From positions 2,535,048 through 2,599,047 of the forward strand of contig NW_003314270.1 in the NCBI RefSeq assembly GCF_000143415.4: DNA of 64,000 bases, given 5' to 3'. Below the pieces are notes generated by a model. It saw nothing but the letters and a program-made list of their open reading frames with translations, was not told the DNA's origin and searched no databases. A program made the position numbers and the translations under genes. Numbering within the stretch: the stretch's first letter is position 1; each line of letters begins with the position of its first letter. Source of the stretch: Selaginella moellendorffii (taxonomy: Eukaryota; Plantae; Lycopodiophyta). Shown here in pieces: positions 1-11,735 of the stretch.

Positions 1-1228
1 CCAGTTTTAATGCTCGTGAGCACCTATAAAATTGATGCTTTTCAGTTTTTAAAATGTAGGGAGGCCTGGCTTGCTGGCCTTCTCGACGATTTGGACCAAG
101 GCAGTCCTTACATGTATTTGAAGAGCATGACCGAGTGCCATCGTGTGAACATTCACGATGTTGTCACTCAATATCGTGCTATTTTTTCAGATGACACTTC
201 TGAGCCCTCGGATGGTGGCCTCCTGTTTAGCTGGGCAACACATCGCATAACCTGCCTGTTGGACACACTGCGCGAGTTGCTTCCCAAAGTCACCGAGGGT
301 GCATCCTTGGCTCTTATTTTAGACTTGTGCATGGTACGTTGAGCATCCTATGTCTAGTCTTTGCTTCAACGTTTTGAGCTTTTGGCAGTACTGCGGGGTG
401 AGTCTTGGCCGGGTGGGTCTCGACTTTAGAGGTCTTTTGCCACCAATTTTTGAATCGTAAGTTATCTTGAGCTCTTCCGGGGGATAGTTCTTATTGGTGA
501 TTGTCTTTTGCAGGTGCGTGTATGACTTGTTTGTGCGGAACTTGTCGATAGCGTTGCAAAACTTCCAGGTAATTCTTCTTCAGCAAGTGTTGAGAGGAAG
601 AATAAACTTTTATGTCTACAGCTCATGCTCGATTCCCACCGCTGGGTTCCTTTGCCTTCAGTTAGATTGTCCAGCAGAGATTCCGAGGACAAGAACGCCC
701 CTCCTCAGTCTCTCATCGAACATCCACCTCTAGCCGTGTTTGTCAACGGTACGTGCCACTTCCTCTCGTGAGCCGCTCACAATCGTGTTTTCACAGGCAT
801 TCTGGCAGCTCTTAACGAACTAAGGCTATGTGCTCCTGTGAGCTTGTCAAACAGGCTAGCGCTCGAGTTCCAGAAAGCACTGTGCAGTGTCTCGGATTCC
901 CTGCTGCGCTACTCCTCGACGCGGATTCTCAAGGACAGCGAAGCGAATCTCTTCATGTCCTCGTGCCGTGCGTACGTGGAGGTAAGCGGGCCAACCAACC
1001 GATAAGATGATCCAACACTAACAACTCTCTACTCAGGTAGCTTCTCCATACTGTGTCGCGTGTTTCAGTCGCTGCTATCCATCCGCAATCACTGACACGA
1101 AAGCCAGTAGCGACGGTCTCCGGAAGCTAGTTTCATCGATGCCGGCCGAGAACGGATCTCCAGCGAGACTCCGAAGTGTTCCTGGAGTCGTGGAGAACAT
1201 AATCACCACTTCAGCAAATGGTAACTGA
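1..1228 (+). CDS. COG8: Conserved oligomeric Golgi complex subunit 8 (Dor1-like), 3' part, multi-exon, truncated by window start
   Basis: Exons give [67 protein letters not shown] and [21 protein letters not shown]; GT-AG introns; stop TGA near 1226-1228. Confidence 0.8.
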
Positions 1229-1914
1229 AACGACAGCGCCGTTTTCTGGCTAGCGTGGACGGGGATTATAAATAAACTAATTATGGCGTGCAATTCGTAA
1301 AAGGGTGGATTTTACAATGGTGGATTTCACTCACACCACGTGTGTTCATAGCAAGCATAAGTGATATATACTGTTTGAAGTCATGTCTCTAATGCATCCC
1401 ATTAAGCTTATCCTTCGTTGCCATTGATTTCTAGTGTAGCTCTCTCAACACTTTAGTTTTGTACCATGATGCTTAGAAGATTTACATATAACTCAAAAGT
1501 AGGTTGAAGTTTAATCAATTCCATGAATTGGTGGGGCAATTGTGTATTACACAAAGGTGCATAGTGTTAATGTTTGGACGTGAAGTTCTCTCAAGAGGAG
1601 CATGCAAAAGGAGATTTGAGAATATGGAAGTTGCAATTGCATGCAGTAACATTCAAATAACAATGGACACTTTCAACATTTTCTAATCATAATTGTTTTA
1701 AATTTTGAAATTTGTAAAATGGGTTTCCATGTTGTTTCGACATCGCGTTTTCTAGATTTTCTTGCAACTCAATAATGTAAAACTCATGTAAACAACACGT
1801 GTTTTTTGGCTGGAGAAGAAATGACGACAAAAACACCGTGTGGTTCCCACATGCTGGGCAAGAAGGGCAATGGTGGGTATAAATCCACACATTATCAATT
1901 TGGTTGATCACGAA

Positions 1915-2642
1915 ATGGCAAGAAACAAGGAGAAGAGGAAAGTCTTGTGGTCACCTGAGGAAGACTCTATACTTCTCGACTATGTTACCACCAAAGGCAT
2001 TACATTTTGGAGTAGCGTGCCAAACGAGACGGGTAATCGATATCCATAGCTTTTTTTCTGGTTCTCAAGCCACCTTTCTTGGTGATCAGGGCTCCAGCGT
2101 TGCGGGAAGAGCTGCCGGCTACGGTGGAGGAATTACCTCCGGCCAGATCTTCGCAAGGATCCTTTCACCGCGGACGAGAAGAAGAAGATTGTGGAGCTAC
2201 GCTCGCTGATGGGCAACAGGTACAGAGATTTTAACGCTTGCGCATGGCAAATGGAATGGATGTTGCTTGCTTTTACAGGTGGGCCGTGATTGCCGCCGCG
2301 CTCCCCGGAAGAACAGACAACGATGTCAAGAACTTCTGGTATTCGATCCTGCGGAAGAGCCAGAGCAAGAAGCGCAAATTCCAAGCGCCATTGCAATTGC
2401 CCCTGGCTGCTGCTGCTGCCACGGATTCCTCGATCGCGAGCGCTGGACGCCCCGACACTCCATCGGGCAAATCCAATCCCAGCTCCGAGGATTTGGGCGT
2501 GGAGCTCGCAGAGGAGCTCACCAATCTAGATGATGAGACGAGTAGCAGCGTAGAATTTTGGAGAGAATGCTATCGATTAGCCATCAAAGCTATGAATCCC
2601 ATCCCAGCCGAGAAAAACACTCGATCACTCGATCATCGATAG
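1915..2642 (+). CDS. R2R3-MYB transcription factor (3 exons)
   Basis: [55 protein letters not shown] with the canonical two-intron R2R3-MYB layout. Confidence 0.92.
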
Positions 2643-2997
2643 AAAGAACTTCCAAATCATCACTCTTTTCACATCACAAACACGTGCTGTTAAAAAAAAA
2701 AGCCTAGCCTTGTTCTTGTCTTTTCTGTCAGCCGTACGATACCGTCCATCCGACGGAGAAATGAAGCGCCAAACCGTGATTAATCGCGGCCGTTGTTGCG
2801 GTGAGCTTCATCCGACGGCTCTAATCTCGCCCTTCTTTTCCATGGGCTTTAGCTTATTAATGTTTTAGCGAGAGAGGAGGGTTTGAGTAGGGCGCCGGGG
2901 GGGACGGAGCTGCGGGAATGTATCCATCTCCGGCATGGCGAGCAGGGAATGCGTAGCGGATCGTCGCGCGCTTGGCTGAAATTTTGTGTCTTCGAAC

Positions 2998-5900
2998 ATG
3001 GAATCGGGTAGGGATCGAGCTCTTTTGCTGGCGCTGGCTGTCGCGGGCGGCTTCGCAGCGGGGACAGCAGCGGCCATGACGGCTACGACGTTCCCGTATC
3101 TCTTTGGGGCCGCCTTCGCCGCCCTGAGATCTAAGCGGAAGAGGGAGCTGCGTGAGCATCGGCATCGCTACAAGTCGGACAAGGTGAAGAGATTGTCTGG
3201 GAAGCCCAAAGAGGGCAAGGCTTACAGGGACGCCATTCGCAAGTCAATTGCCGAGTGGAAGGATATCGACGTCGAGCTCGACAATTTTCCATACTTTCTC
3301 AAGTGAGCCCTCGATCTTCTTCTCTGTTTTTCCTTCTCATGCGTGCTGCTTACAGTGAGAGTACCAAGACAGCGTTGCTGGATTCACTCTACGTCTATCT
3401 AAAGAGACCGGAGTTTGTGAAATTCACGTCGGAGCTAGCGTCTGTGAGCCCCCGGATACTGTTGACAGGACCTCCAGGTTCGTGGTTTAGGTCTTTGCGT
3501 GTTGGTTTCACTTTCACTTAATTCAATTGCATGCCAGGCTCGGAAATCTTTCAAGAAACACTTGTCAAGGCTTTGGCTCAGAAGCTCCAAGTGAACCTGC
3601 TTATCTTTGACAGTGCCAGCATTTGTTTGGAGGTACCATCAATTTTAGCAGCGCTATCATAGAAAGTTTGTTCACAGGCTAACGAACTCACGCCGGAGCC
3701 CGTAAGCGTCTCGGAGGAGACCGTGGAAAGTGATGAGGTGACCATTCAAATTGTAGATGGTGAAAATGTGGATACGAAAGAGGTTCGCTGTTCTTCTGTT
3801 CGTGTGATTTTTCATGGTGTTTATTCTTGTCAGGTTCTGCAGGATGGTGTCAACGGCGTGGCTCCGCCGTCTATGCTCGATACTGTACCCCAAGAGAACA
3901 GCAAGGCACCGAAATCAGTTAGCTCACCCACGAGAACCAAAACCTCCGAGGCAGTCGAGCTATCTTTACCGAGTTCTAGATCGAAAGATCAGGCAAAGGA
4001 TTTGGCAACATCACTAATGAGCGCGGGAGGGGCAACGACACAAGTGGTAGAATCATCACGACGAGCGTTGAAGAAAGGTAATTTCTATCGCGTTTGTTCC
4101 GCATAATTCTATAGCGTGTATGTTGTGAAGGCGATCGAGTAAAGTTCGCTGGCCCTACGTGTCCTGCAACTCCTTCCGGCCTAGCTGTTTTAGTCAGTGG
4201 AAGCTCGAATGGGTAAGCCACCTGTGCTCTCTGCTATAATGCTGACGTTTGTGTATTGTAAAGAAGCAAAGGACCGTCCATTGGGGCGAGAGGACGTGTG
4301 CTGCTAGTACTCGAAGACAATCCAAGCAAGGTTGGCGTGCGGTTCGATAAACCAGTTTACGGTGGCAACAATCTGGTAGATCTATGCGAGGATGGACACG
4401 GCTACTTTTGCAACGGTATGAGGCATTTCCGCCTAGTATGTTAATCTCAAGAGTCTTTTGTATAGCTGCAATACTTAGAAGCATGAGTCTAGTTCTGCTC
4501 AGGATTATTTTGTTGCTTGCTTGACAGCTGGCAACGAATCTCTCGTGCAGTTTCAGAGCTTCGGTTGGAACATTCTTCTGGAGAGGACGTAGATAAGCTG
4601 ATACTCGACTCTTTAATTGAGGTACGGCGTGAATTATCTATCTACAATGGGTTCTGAGGAGTTTGTGTTTTGGCCAGGTTCTGGTTTCGGAAGCTTCTAA
4701 AGTGCCGTTGATTTTACTTATTAAAAACGTGGAAAAATCTATAATGGGGAACTTTGAGCGGTACATGAAGCTGGAAAGATTGGAAAAGGCCGATGTGAAG
4801 CTTGTAATCATTGGATCTCACACATCTGACCACCATAAGGACAAGGTACTTATGAGTTATACAAATTACGGACGCTTTTTTAAAATTTTATAAACAAGCA
4901 GGGGAGCTCTGGCTCATATCATTCGAATTCCAAGATGGGTAACAATTTTACGGCGTTCCTCGATATGTCTTTACTGGTGAGCCCTCCGATTCGTGGCCGT
5001 AGTTTCAAACCTACTGACAGGGAACATGCAGGATCATCTTTCTACGCGAGCTGAAGACTATAAACCAGATGGTTCCAAATGCTCTAGGATGCTTGCTAAG
5101 CTGTTTCCTAGTAAAATATATGTGCAGCAACCACAGGTAATGAAGAAACGTGTACGAATATTCCGACTAACAGCTTATGATCAGGACGAAAATATGTTAC
5201 TCGTGTGGAATCGTCAACTCGAACAGGATGCGGAGAGGCTGAAAGCGGAAGCGAACAGACAACTTCTGCGAATTGTGTGTAATGTTGCTCCCGATCTAGA
5301 TTACTCACGTTTTAAATTGATGTGTCCAGATTATGTCCACATCCAATGTTGAGTGCAACGACTTGTCAACAATCAACATCCAGACTCATCTATTGACACA
5401 TGATAGTAAGCGGTAGCCCTTGTCAATTCTTTAATGTAATTTGTATGTCTTGTTACAGTGGCCGAGAAGGTGGTCGGATGGGGGATTAGCCATCATTTAC
5501 AGCATCATGTAGAGCCTCTACATCGAAACGGCAAGATCGTCATCAAAGCGGAGAGGTATGTTTTCATAAAACCTCGTACTTTTGGTCACGTATTTGAATG
5601 GGTGCTTCAGTTTGGAGCATAGTCTAGCAGAGCTCCAAGCAATTCAAAGAGGGTCTACTCAGCGTAAAAAGACTCTCAAGGCAAGCCCGATTTTCTTGGG
5701 GACATTGTCTGATAGTGGTTTGCAGGATGTAGTTTGTGACAATGAGTTCGAAAAGATTTTACTGCCCGAAGTCATACCACCAGATGAGATTAGAGTAACT
5801 TTTGATCACATTGGTGCTTTGGATAATGTGAAAGAGACCCTACGCGAGCTGGTGATGCTTCCATTACAACGGCCAGAGTTATTCGTCAAAGGCCAACTTA

Positions 5901-7082
5901 CGAAGGTCTGTGTGTTTGTTATTTGCTTTTTTTCTTTGTCTAACGAATTTATATGGCAGCCTTGTAGGGGCCTACTCTTATTTGGTCCTCCAGGAACTGG
6001 TAAGACCATGCTTGCTAAGGCGGTTGCTACAGAGGCTGGTGCAAATTTCATCAATATTTCAATGTCCACAATTGCATCTAAAGTAAGCACTTACCACGTG
6101 ATAGTGTTCAAGTTTACCGTTTTCTTTCTTCGCAGTGGTTTGGTGAGGCGGAGAAATATGTCAAGGCAGTATTTACTTTGGCCAGCAAAATCTCACCAAG
6201 CGTGGTGTTCGTTGACGAGGTATGCAATCGGATGTTTGTTACATTTGATGTATGTTTCTCTACAGGTTGATAGCATGTTGGGTAGAAGAGGTAAAGACCA
6301 CGAGCATTCAGCCATGCGGAAGCTGAAGAACGAATTCATGGCTAGCTGGGACGGATTAAGAACGCGTGAGAAGGAAAGGGTCATTGTACTGGCAGCAACA
6401 AATCGTCCATTCGATCTGGATGAAGCTGTCATACGGAGATTTCCGCGAAGGTAAATCTAATACAATTGTAAACATCGGCTTGACGATTTTTTTCAGGTTG
6501 ATGATTGATGTTCCTGATGCCGAGAACCGTGCGAAAATTCTCAAAGTTATACTTAGTGACGAGGATCTTTCCCCCGATTTTAACATGGAGGAAGTGGCAG
6601 CGGCGGCAGATGGGTATTCCGGGAGCGATTTGAAAGTGAGCTCGTAGTCTAAATCAAGGTTTGTCAGGAATTTGAGTTGTTTCCTTTGGCGTGTAGAATC
6701 TGTGCACAACGGCGGCCTACATCCGGATACGAGAACTCTTGGAACAAGAAAAGAAGGTAAGTGGTGTTTAGAGCAAGCTCGCGCTAAAAGGGATTGTTTG
6801 GTTGCAGGAGATGGAGAAAGCGAAAGCCCAAGGGGTTGAGAAGCCGGCAGCTCCAACCGGAGTCACGCCCTACATTCGTCCAATCTCAATGGCTGACATG
6901 CGGCACGCAATGGAGAAGGTGAGGAGGTTTCGATTTGGAATGGTTTTCAAGAGCTTTCTTCGTCACAGGTTCGATCAAGCGTGTCCTCGGATGCTGGTAT
7001 CATGGGAGAGTTGCAGCAATGGAACGAGCAGTACGGTGAAGGGGGCACTCGGAAGAAGGCGACACTGACGTACTTTATGTGA
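2998..7082 (+). CDS. AAA+ ATPase (MSP1/ATAD1-related plant family), many exons, N-terminal hydrophobic anchor
   Basis: Degenerate first AAA region (RILLTGPPG), Walker A GPPGTGKT, Walker [33 protein letters not shown]-terminal [14 protein letters not shown]. Confidence 0.9.
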
Positions 7083-7329
7083 AAGCACGGTTTGGAGAAG
7101 AGAGACAATTTTTATTTGTGTAAAACTATCTCACAGGCGATTTGTTGTTAATACTATGGAGGAATACATTTAAGCGTAAGTGATTGAAGTACTGGTTGGA
7201 GAGGAAAGCTGAGGATATTTCTCAATCCAACGGATATTAGGGGGAAGCATAAAATCAAGAGCTTCACAACCTCAGAATTCCACATGCTATGGAAGGTAAT
7301 CTGGGTGAGAGGATAAATGATGTGACACG

Positions 7330-7745
7330 CCATGATGGAGTTTTGTGGAAATGGACGCCCTCCATTCGATCACCTAGAAAGGATCCATCGTTCTTTCGTG
7401 GTATCGGTTCATATAAAAACCCGAGCATGCTTCATATAGATCCACGAGACCATTCCCTACGAACACGTCGGCGTTGTAGTGGCCTCTTGGCACTGACCTC
7501 CACTCCTCGGCTTGAGCAGCGCATAGCAGCAATGAAACTTCAAGAGTTCATCCTGTCAAAGAGCTCCAATACCAGGGTGTACATATCGATCACAGTCTTG
7601 ATATCTTCATGATGATCGCGTCCTCTTTCTTCTCAAACTTTTCGCGTGTAGACCCAAGCCTATGCCCAACGATTCCACCTTTACAATCTTCTATTTAGGC
7701 TGGAGCGCTAGTGCGCAGTCCCGAAGCTCTTGACGGCTAGTCAAC
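7330..7745 (-). pseudogene. Decayed PLS-class PPR gene fragment
   Basis: Minus-strand pieces translate as KIVKVESLGIGLGLHA, TVIDMY, LELFDRM, SFIAA, DVFVGNGLVDLY and IPRKN, separated by stops and deletions; boundaries approximate. Confidence 0.6.
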
Positions 7746-7771
7746 ATCAGTCAAAACCTGGCAAATATATT

Positions 7772-7844
7772 TGGAGATGCTGGGTGTCGATCCCAGTGCC
7801 TCTCGCATGCTAAGCGAGCGCTCTCCCATCTGAGCTACAACCCC
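7772..7844 (-). tRNA. tRNA-Ala (anticodon AGC)
   Basis: Reverse complement GGGGTTGTAGCTCAGATGGGAGAGCGCTCGCTTAGCATGCGAGAGGCACTGGGATCGACACCCAGCATCTCCA folds as a cloverleaf with G3-U70; one U5.U68 acceptor mismatch. Confidence 0.92.
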
Positions 7845-8399
7845 TTAATAAAAATATTAAATTACAAAGCTCTCATTACAATACGAGTTTTTATTTTGCG
7901 ATTCGCTTTCCTCCACAAAATCCCTTCTCCAGCGCTTGATTCGACTTCCATTTGGGAGAAATACGGCCACTTTCGGGATAGCTGATGCGAAATCTGCGCT
8001 TCCTTCCGTTCTCTCAAATTTCTGGCTTTCACTAGGAGGCTTTGGATAAAAGAATTCTTTTTGAAGAGAAAAATAAACTAGAATATACTAAAAAGTGTTT
8101 AGGAAAGTTTATACATTATAAATACAAGAAGTTAAACGGAAGAACCATTTTAAACATGTAATGCCTGGACATATCGCGATGCTGCAGCAGGTTGACGGCA
8201 GCATACCTTCTCATGGCAAACAGCGTCCAGCGACAAGTCTTGCTCCAACTGCTCAACGATCTTTGCCTAGAAAGAAAAATCTACCAGTTGCTCTACTTTT
8301 CCATACCAGCCGCGTGATTCCGGGAGAATTCTGGATGCAAGTGCAGTTGCACCTCTATAATATGGCGACGGCTCGTAGATCCAGACCATCGAATCGAGA

Positions 8400-9540
8400 T
8401 GAACTTGGGTGTGGCCTTGCTCGTCCTTGGCATCGGCTGGATCACACCCTGCCTTCTCATCGGGAGAATTCGATCCTCGGAGCTCCCTCCAGGTCCATTC
8501 TCTTTCCCCATTTTCGGAGCGCTCTTTCTCCCTCGAGGAGCCACTCCACCACTACTTTGCAAAGGTCAGCAAGAAGTATGGGCCGATTATCTACCTCAAG
8601 ATCGGAATGGCCCCGTTGGTGGTGGTGAACGACAACGAAACGGCCGCACAGGTTCTCAAGGCCCACGACCTCGAGTTTGCAAGCCGGCGACGACGAGTTC
8701 GTCCGGATCGTTAGCCACAACTGGAACGATCTCATCCTCGCACCCATCGGTGGTAAGCGGAAGACAATGAGGAGGATTTGCAGCACACACCTGTTTAGCA
8801 ACAACATGCTCAAGGTAAAGCGCAGGATTCCGCGAGTCAGAGATGAAGCATACAGTCAAGTCCATCTTCCAGCGGGAAAGCGATCAACCTGCAAGAGGTT
8901 TTCAACACTCTCTTGTCAAATTCGCTTTGCCTCGTTCTTTTCAGCGAGCGAGGGCTGGAGGTGGTGGATCTCATCCGGAACATAGCCGCTCTAAGCTTGT
9001 ACTTGAACGTTGGAATCCTGCTCCCGGCACTAGATCGGCTGGATCTTCAATTGGAGTCTACAAGAAAATCAACTCGGAGCTCATGCCTCGCCTGAAGCTC
9101 TTGCTGGAAGATCAAATCGACAAGCATCGACGCAGGAAAGATCAAGCTGGGGACGCGTTCGTCCAGGCTTCACCGACGTTCTTATATCTCTCGAGGAGGA
9201 TTCTTATATCTCTCAGTTGCCAAACATCTCCATTCTGGGACTGGTAAGTTCTACCAACTTCCATCTCGCCCGTGGTCGTGATCTCTCGAAGCCTCTTTCT
9301 TTCCTTGTTGCAATCACAGGACATGGTTGTAGCGGGGTTGGAAACTTCACTAGTGACGCTCGAGTGGACAATGGCAGAGCTCCTAAACCATCCCCGAGTC
9401 ATGCCCAAGGCTCAAGACGAGATGGACAGCGTCGCCCAGTGCAAGAGTCCGATCTTCCAAACCTCCCATACAGCGAAGCCATCGTCAAGGAATCACTGCG
9501 TCTCCACCCGGCAGCACCACTGGGAGTTCTAGGCGGCTAC
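8400..9540 (+). pseudogene. Cytochrome P450 (A-type/CYP71-clan-like) pseudogene, frameshifted and lacking the heme-binding C-terminus
   Basis: LPPGP hinge, KYGPIIYLKIG, AGLETS I-helix, WTMAELLNHPRVM and KESLRLHP (ExxR) lie in different frames; no PERF or FxxGxRxCxG before the next gene. Confidence 0.85.
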
Positions 9541-9555
9541 ACTCCATCTGTGAAT

Positions 9556-11532
9556 CTAGAACGAGAGATCTCCCGCGGCAGTAGCACCGGGGGTACGTAT
9601 CACAGCATCCAGCACCTCTTGGCTATGGTGTCCAAAGCACGACACAGCCTCTCGCTCCAAGATCTCCCTCATGGCACGGCTGCAGTGCACAGGGCCGCCG
9701 CTAAAGTCACTCCCGCCGGGGCTGCAAAGCTCCACCATCCTCCGCAGCGTGAGCAAGTCCCCCGGGGCGGTCTCGTGGAACGCCGCGGCCGCGCTCTCCA
9801 GCCTCGCCTCCTTCTCGGCCTTGCTCCCGCGGGAGAGATAGCCGGCAGTCCAGTAGACGTATGGATACGAGGAAACTATCCAGTCCCTGGTCTTGCCGAC
9901 TTCCACCACGGAGTCCAGCTCCTCGGAGATCTTCACCATCTCCATGAGAGCCGCGCTTGGATCCCCCCGGTTTTGCAGAGCGCTGATGTATCTCGTCGCC
10001 ACGCCCGGCTTCTCGGCCTCGATCCTCTCCTCGAGCTTGCATCGGTCGCAGCGGCACACGAACTTGAAGTTCCTCTCGGCCATTTGCTTGCGCCGCTCGG
10101 CCAGCGGCTGGAATGGATTCACGTAGCTAGTGATGAGCTCCTCCCCGGCGGAGATGTCCCTCCCAGCTCGCACGAAGAGAGCTCCTCCCACCGGATGCCT
10201 CGAGACGTTTGGGAGGCACGAGTGGTTGATCATGGTTGCGAGAGGACACAGGCCATTCCTGCTTCCCAGCTCCTTGAAGACGTAGCGATACGACGAAGTC
10301 GGCGTGGAGTGATCGTCATGTGCCTGGAACCAGCCGCTGTTTGGGAGGAACAGATCCATGCCAAACATCTCCCTCTCGTCGAAGAAGGCCGTGAGCTGCG
10401 CGAGGACTCGCCGGTTTGCCGCGCAAACCCGGCCAATCTTCGCGTGGAACTCCAGGCCGCCTTTGGTCGAGCGGGCGATGGAGTTCGATACGAGGACGAG
10501 GTCGCCAGCTTTGAGGTCCTTGGTGGCGAACAAGCCCCGTCCCTTGCCTTGGACAAGCTGCAGCCTCACGGATCCCACGAAGTCGCTGAGCACTGGAGCG
10601 AGGCTTGGATTCCTTCCGCCGAGCAGGAACTGTGAGAGATCGTAAGCGCCGGTCACGCTTTGTTCTTGTAGTGCCGAGCAGTGCTCGCAAGCTTCCGCCA
10701 CCTTTCTTGCCATGCCTTGTTCGTCCGGGGACGCGGCGAGAACTTTCCCCGCGTTTTGCAAGCACTCGAGCGCCATAGCATACTCTTGCATGGCGACCAG
10801 AGCTTGTCCCTTGACGAACAGGCTCTGGAAATGCGAAGGATTCACAGCCAGAGCCCTGCTCGCGTCGAGAAAGGCCTTCTCGTGGAATCCCAGCCGGAGC
10901 CAAGCCTCGCTGCTACGGGAGAAAGCTTGCAAGGCTCCAGGAAATCCACGCTCCACGCACTCCACGTAGAGAAACGCCGCTCTCCGGTACTCCCCACGCG
11001 AGTACGCAGCATTGGCTTCCTTCCACAGAGAATTCCCATCCTCGTTGGCCAGATCGCCATAGCCCACGATCTCAACGGACGCTGGATTGTCGACCATCAT
11101 CGCCATTCCCACTGCTCCAGCGAGAAGAACCCGCGGCTCCGTGATTCTCACCACCGCTCCCCGAGGGAACCACGCGCGGGCATCCGCGTCGGTGGAGGAC
11201 GAGAGCGTGAAATTCGACACCAGGAGCTTGATGGTGCATCCGGGATCGCGCTCGTCTCGCAGCGCCGTGAGGAGGCCCAGCGCCGGCTGCTTGTACACGC
11301 GCGCATTCTCGCACAGGCTTCCCACCACGACGCAGCGCAGCTCCGCCTCGCTTTGCTGCTGCTCCTGTTGCTTCATCACCCTCACCTCCTTGAGCGCCGG
11401 AAGATTTCGCAGCAGCTCCGCCAGGGGGACCGTCCCCGCGACCGGCCACGGCACTGGCGCCGCCGTCGCCATCGCCACCGCGCTGGTGCTGGAGAGCGCG
11501 CTGCTGAAGAAGAGCGCCGCCATTGCCGCCAT
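9556..11532 (-). CDS. Intronless TPR + SET domain protein (putative lysine methyltransferase, ATXR1/SDG35-like architecture) with an extra N-terminal domain
   Basis: TPR helices (EANAAYSRGEYRRAAFLY..SRSSEAWLRLG), SET motifs GKGRGLFATKDL, INHSCLPN, GEELITSY and post-SET FVCRCDRC; ORF is open further upstream to 11613. Confidence 0.85.
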   Translation of the reverse strand: MAAMAALFFSSALSSTSAVAMATAAPVPWPVAGTVPLAELLRNLPALKEVRVMKQQEQQQSEAELRCVVVGSLCENARVYKQPALGLLTALRDERDPGCTIKLLVSNFTLSSSTDADARAWFPRGAVVRITEPRVLLAGAVGMAMMVDNPASVEIVGYGDLANEDGNSLWKEANAAYSRGEYRRAAFLYVECVERGFPGALQAFSRSSEAWLRLGFHEKAFLDASRALAVNPSHFQSLFVKGQALVAMQEYAMALECLQNAGKVLAASPDEQGMARKVAEACEHCSALQEQSVTGAYDLSQFLLGGRNPSLAPVLSDFVGSVRLQLVQGKGRGLFATKDLKAGDLVLVSNSIARSTKGGLEFHAKIGRVCAANRRVLAQLTAFFDEREMFGMDLFLPNSGWFQAHDDHSTPTSSYRYVFKELGSRNGLCPLATMINHSCLPNVSRHPVGGALFVRAGRDISAGEELITSYVNPFQPLAERRKQMAERNFKFVCRCDRCKLEERIEAEKPGVATRYISALQNRGDPSAALMEMVKISEELDSVVEVGKTRDWIVSSYPYVYWTAGYLSRGSKAEKEARLESAAAAFHETAPGDLLTLRRMVELCSPGGSDFSGGPVHCSRAMREILEREAVSCFGHHSQEVLDAVIRTPGATAAGDLSF

Positions 11533-11735
11533 GGGCGCCCTTCTTCTCCTCCACAAGGAACAAAGCATAAAAGCCCTTAAATTCAAAACCCTCGACCGTT
11601 GACCATATCCCATGACAAACCCTAAATTCTAGGACCGTTGACCCTTTGACTATTAAGGATATATAAAATTGACCATGATAAACCCTAAATCTTCTCAAAT
11701 GAGATATAAGGGGATAACGAAGGAAGAAAGAAAAG

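Noticed and set aside
11570-11700. AAACCCTA telomere-like motifs (also near 16860, 27843 and 61378)
   Set aside because: Ordinary plant telo-box promoter motifs, not interstitial telomere arrays
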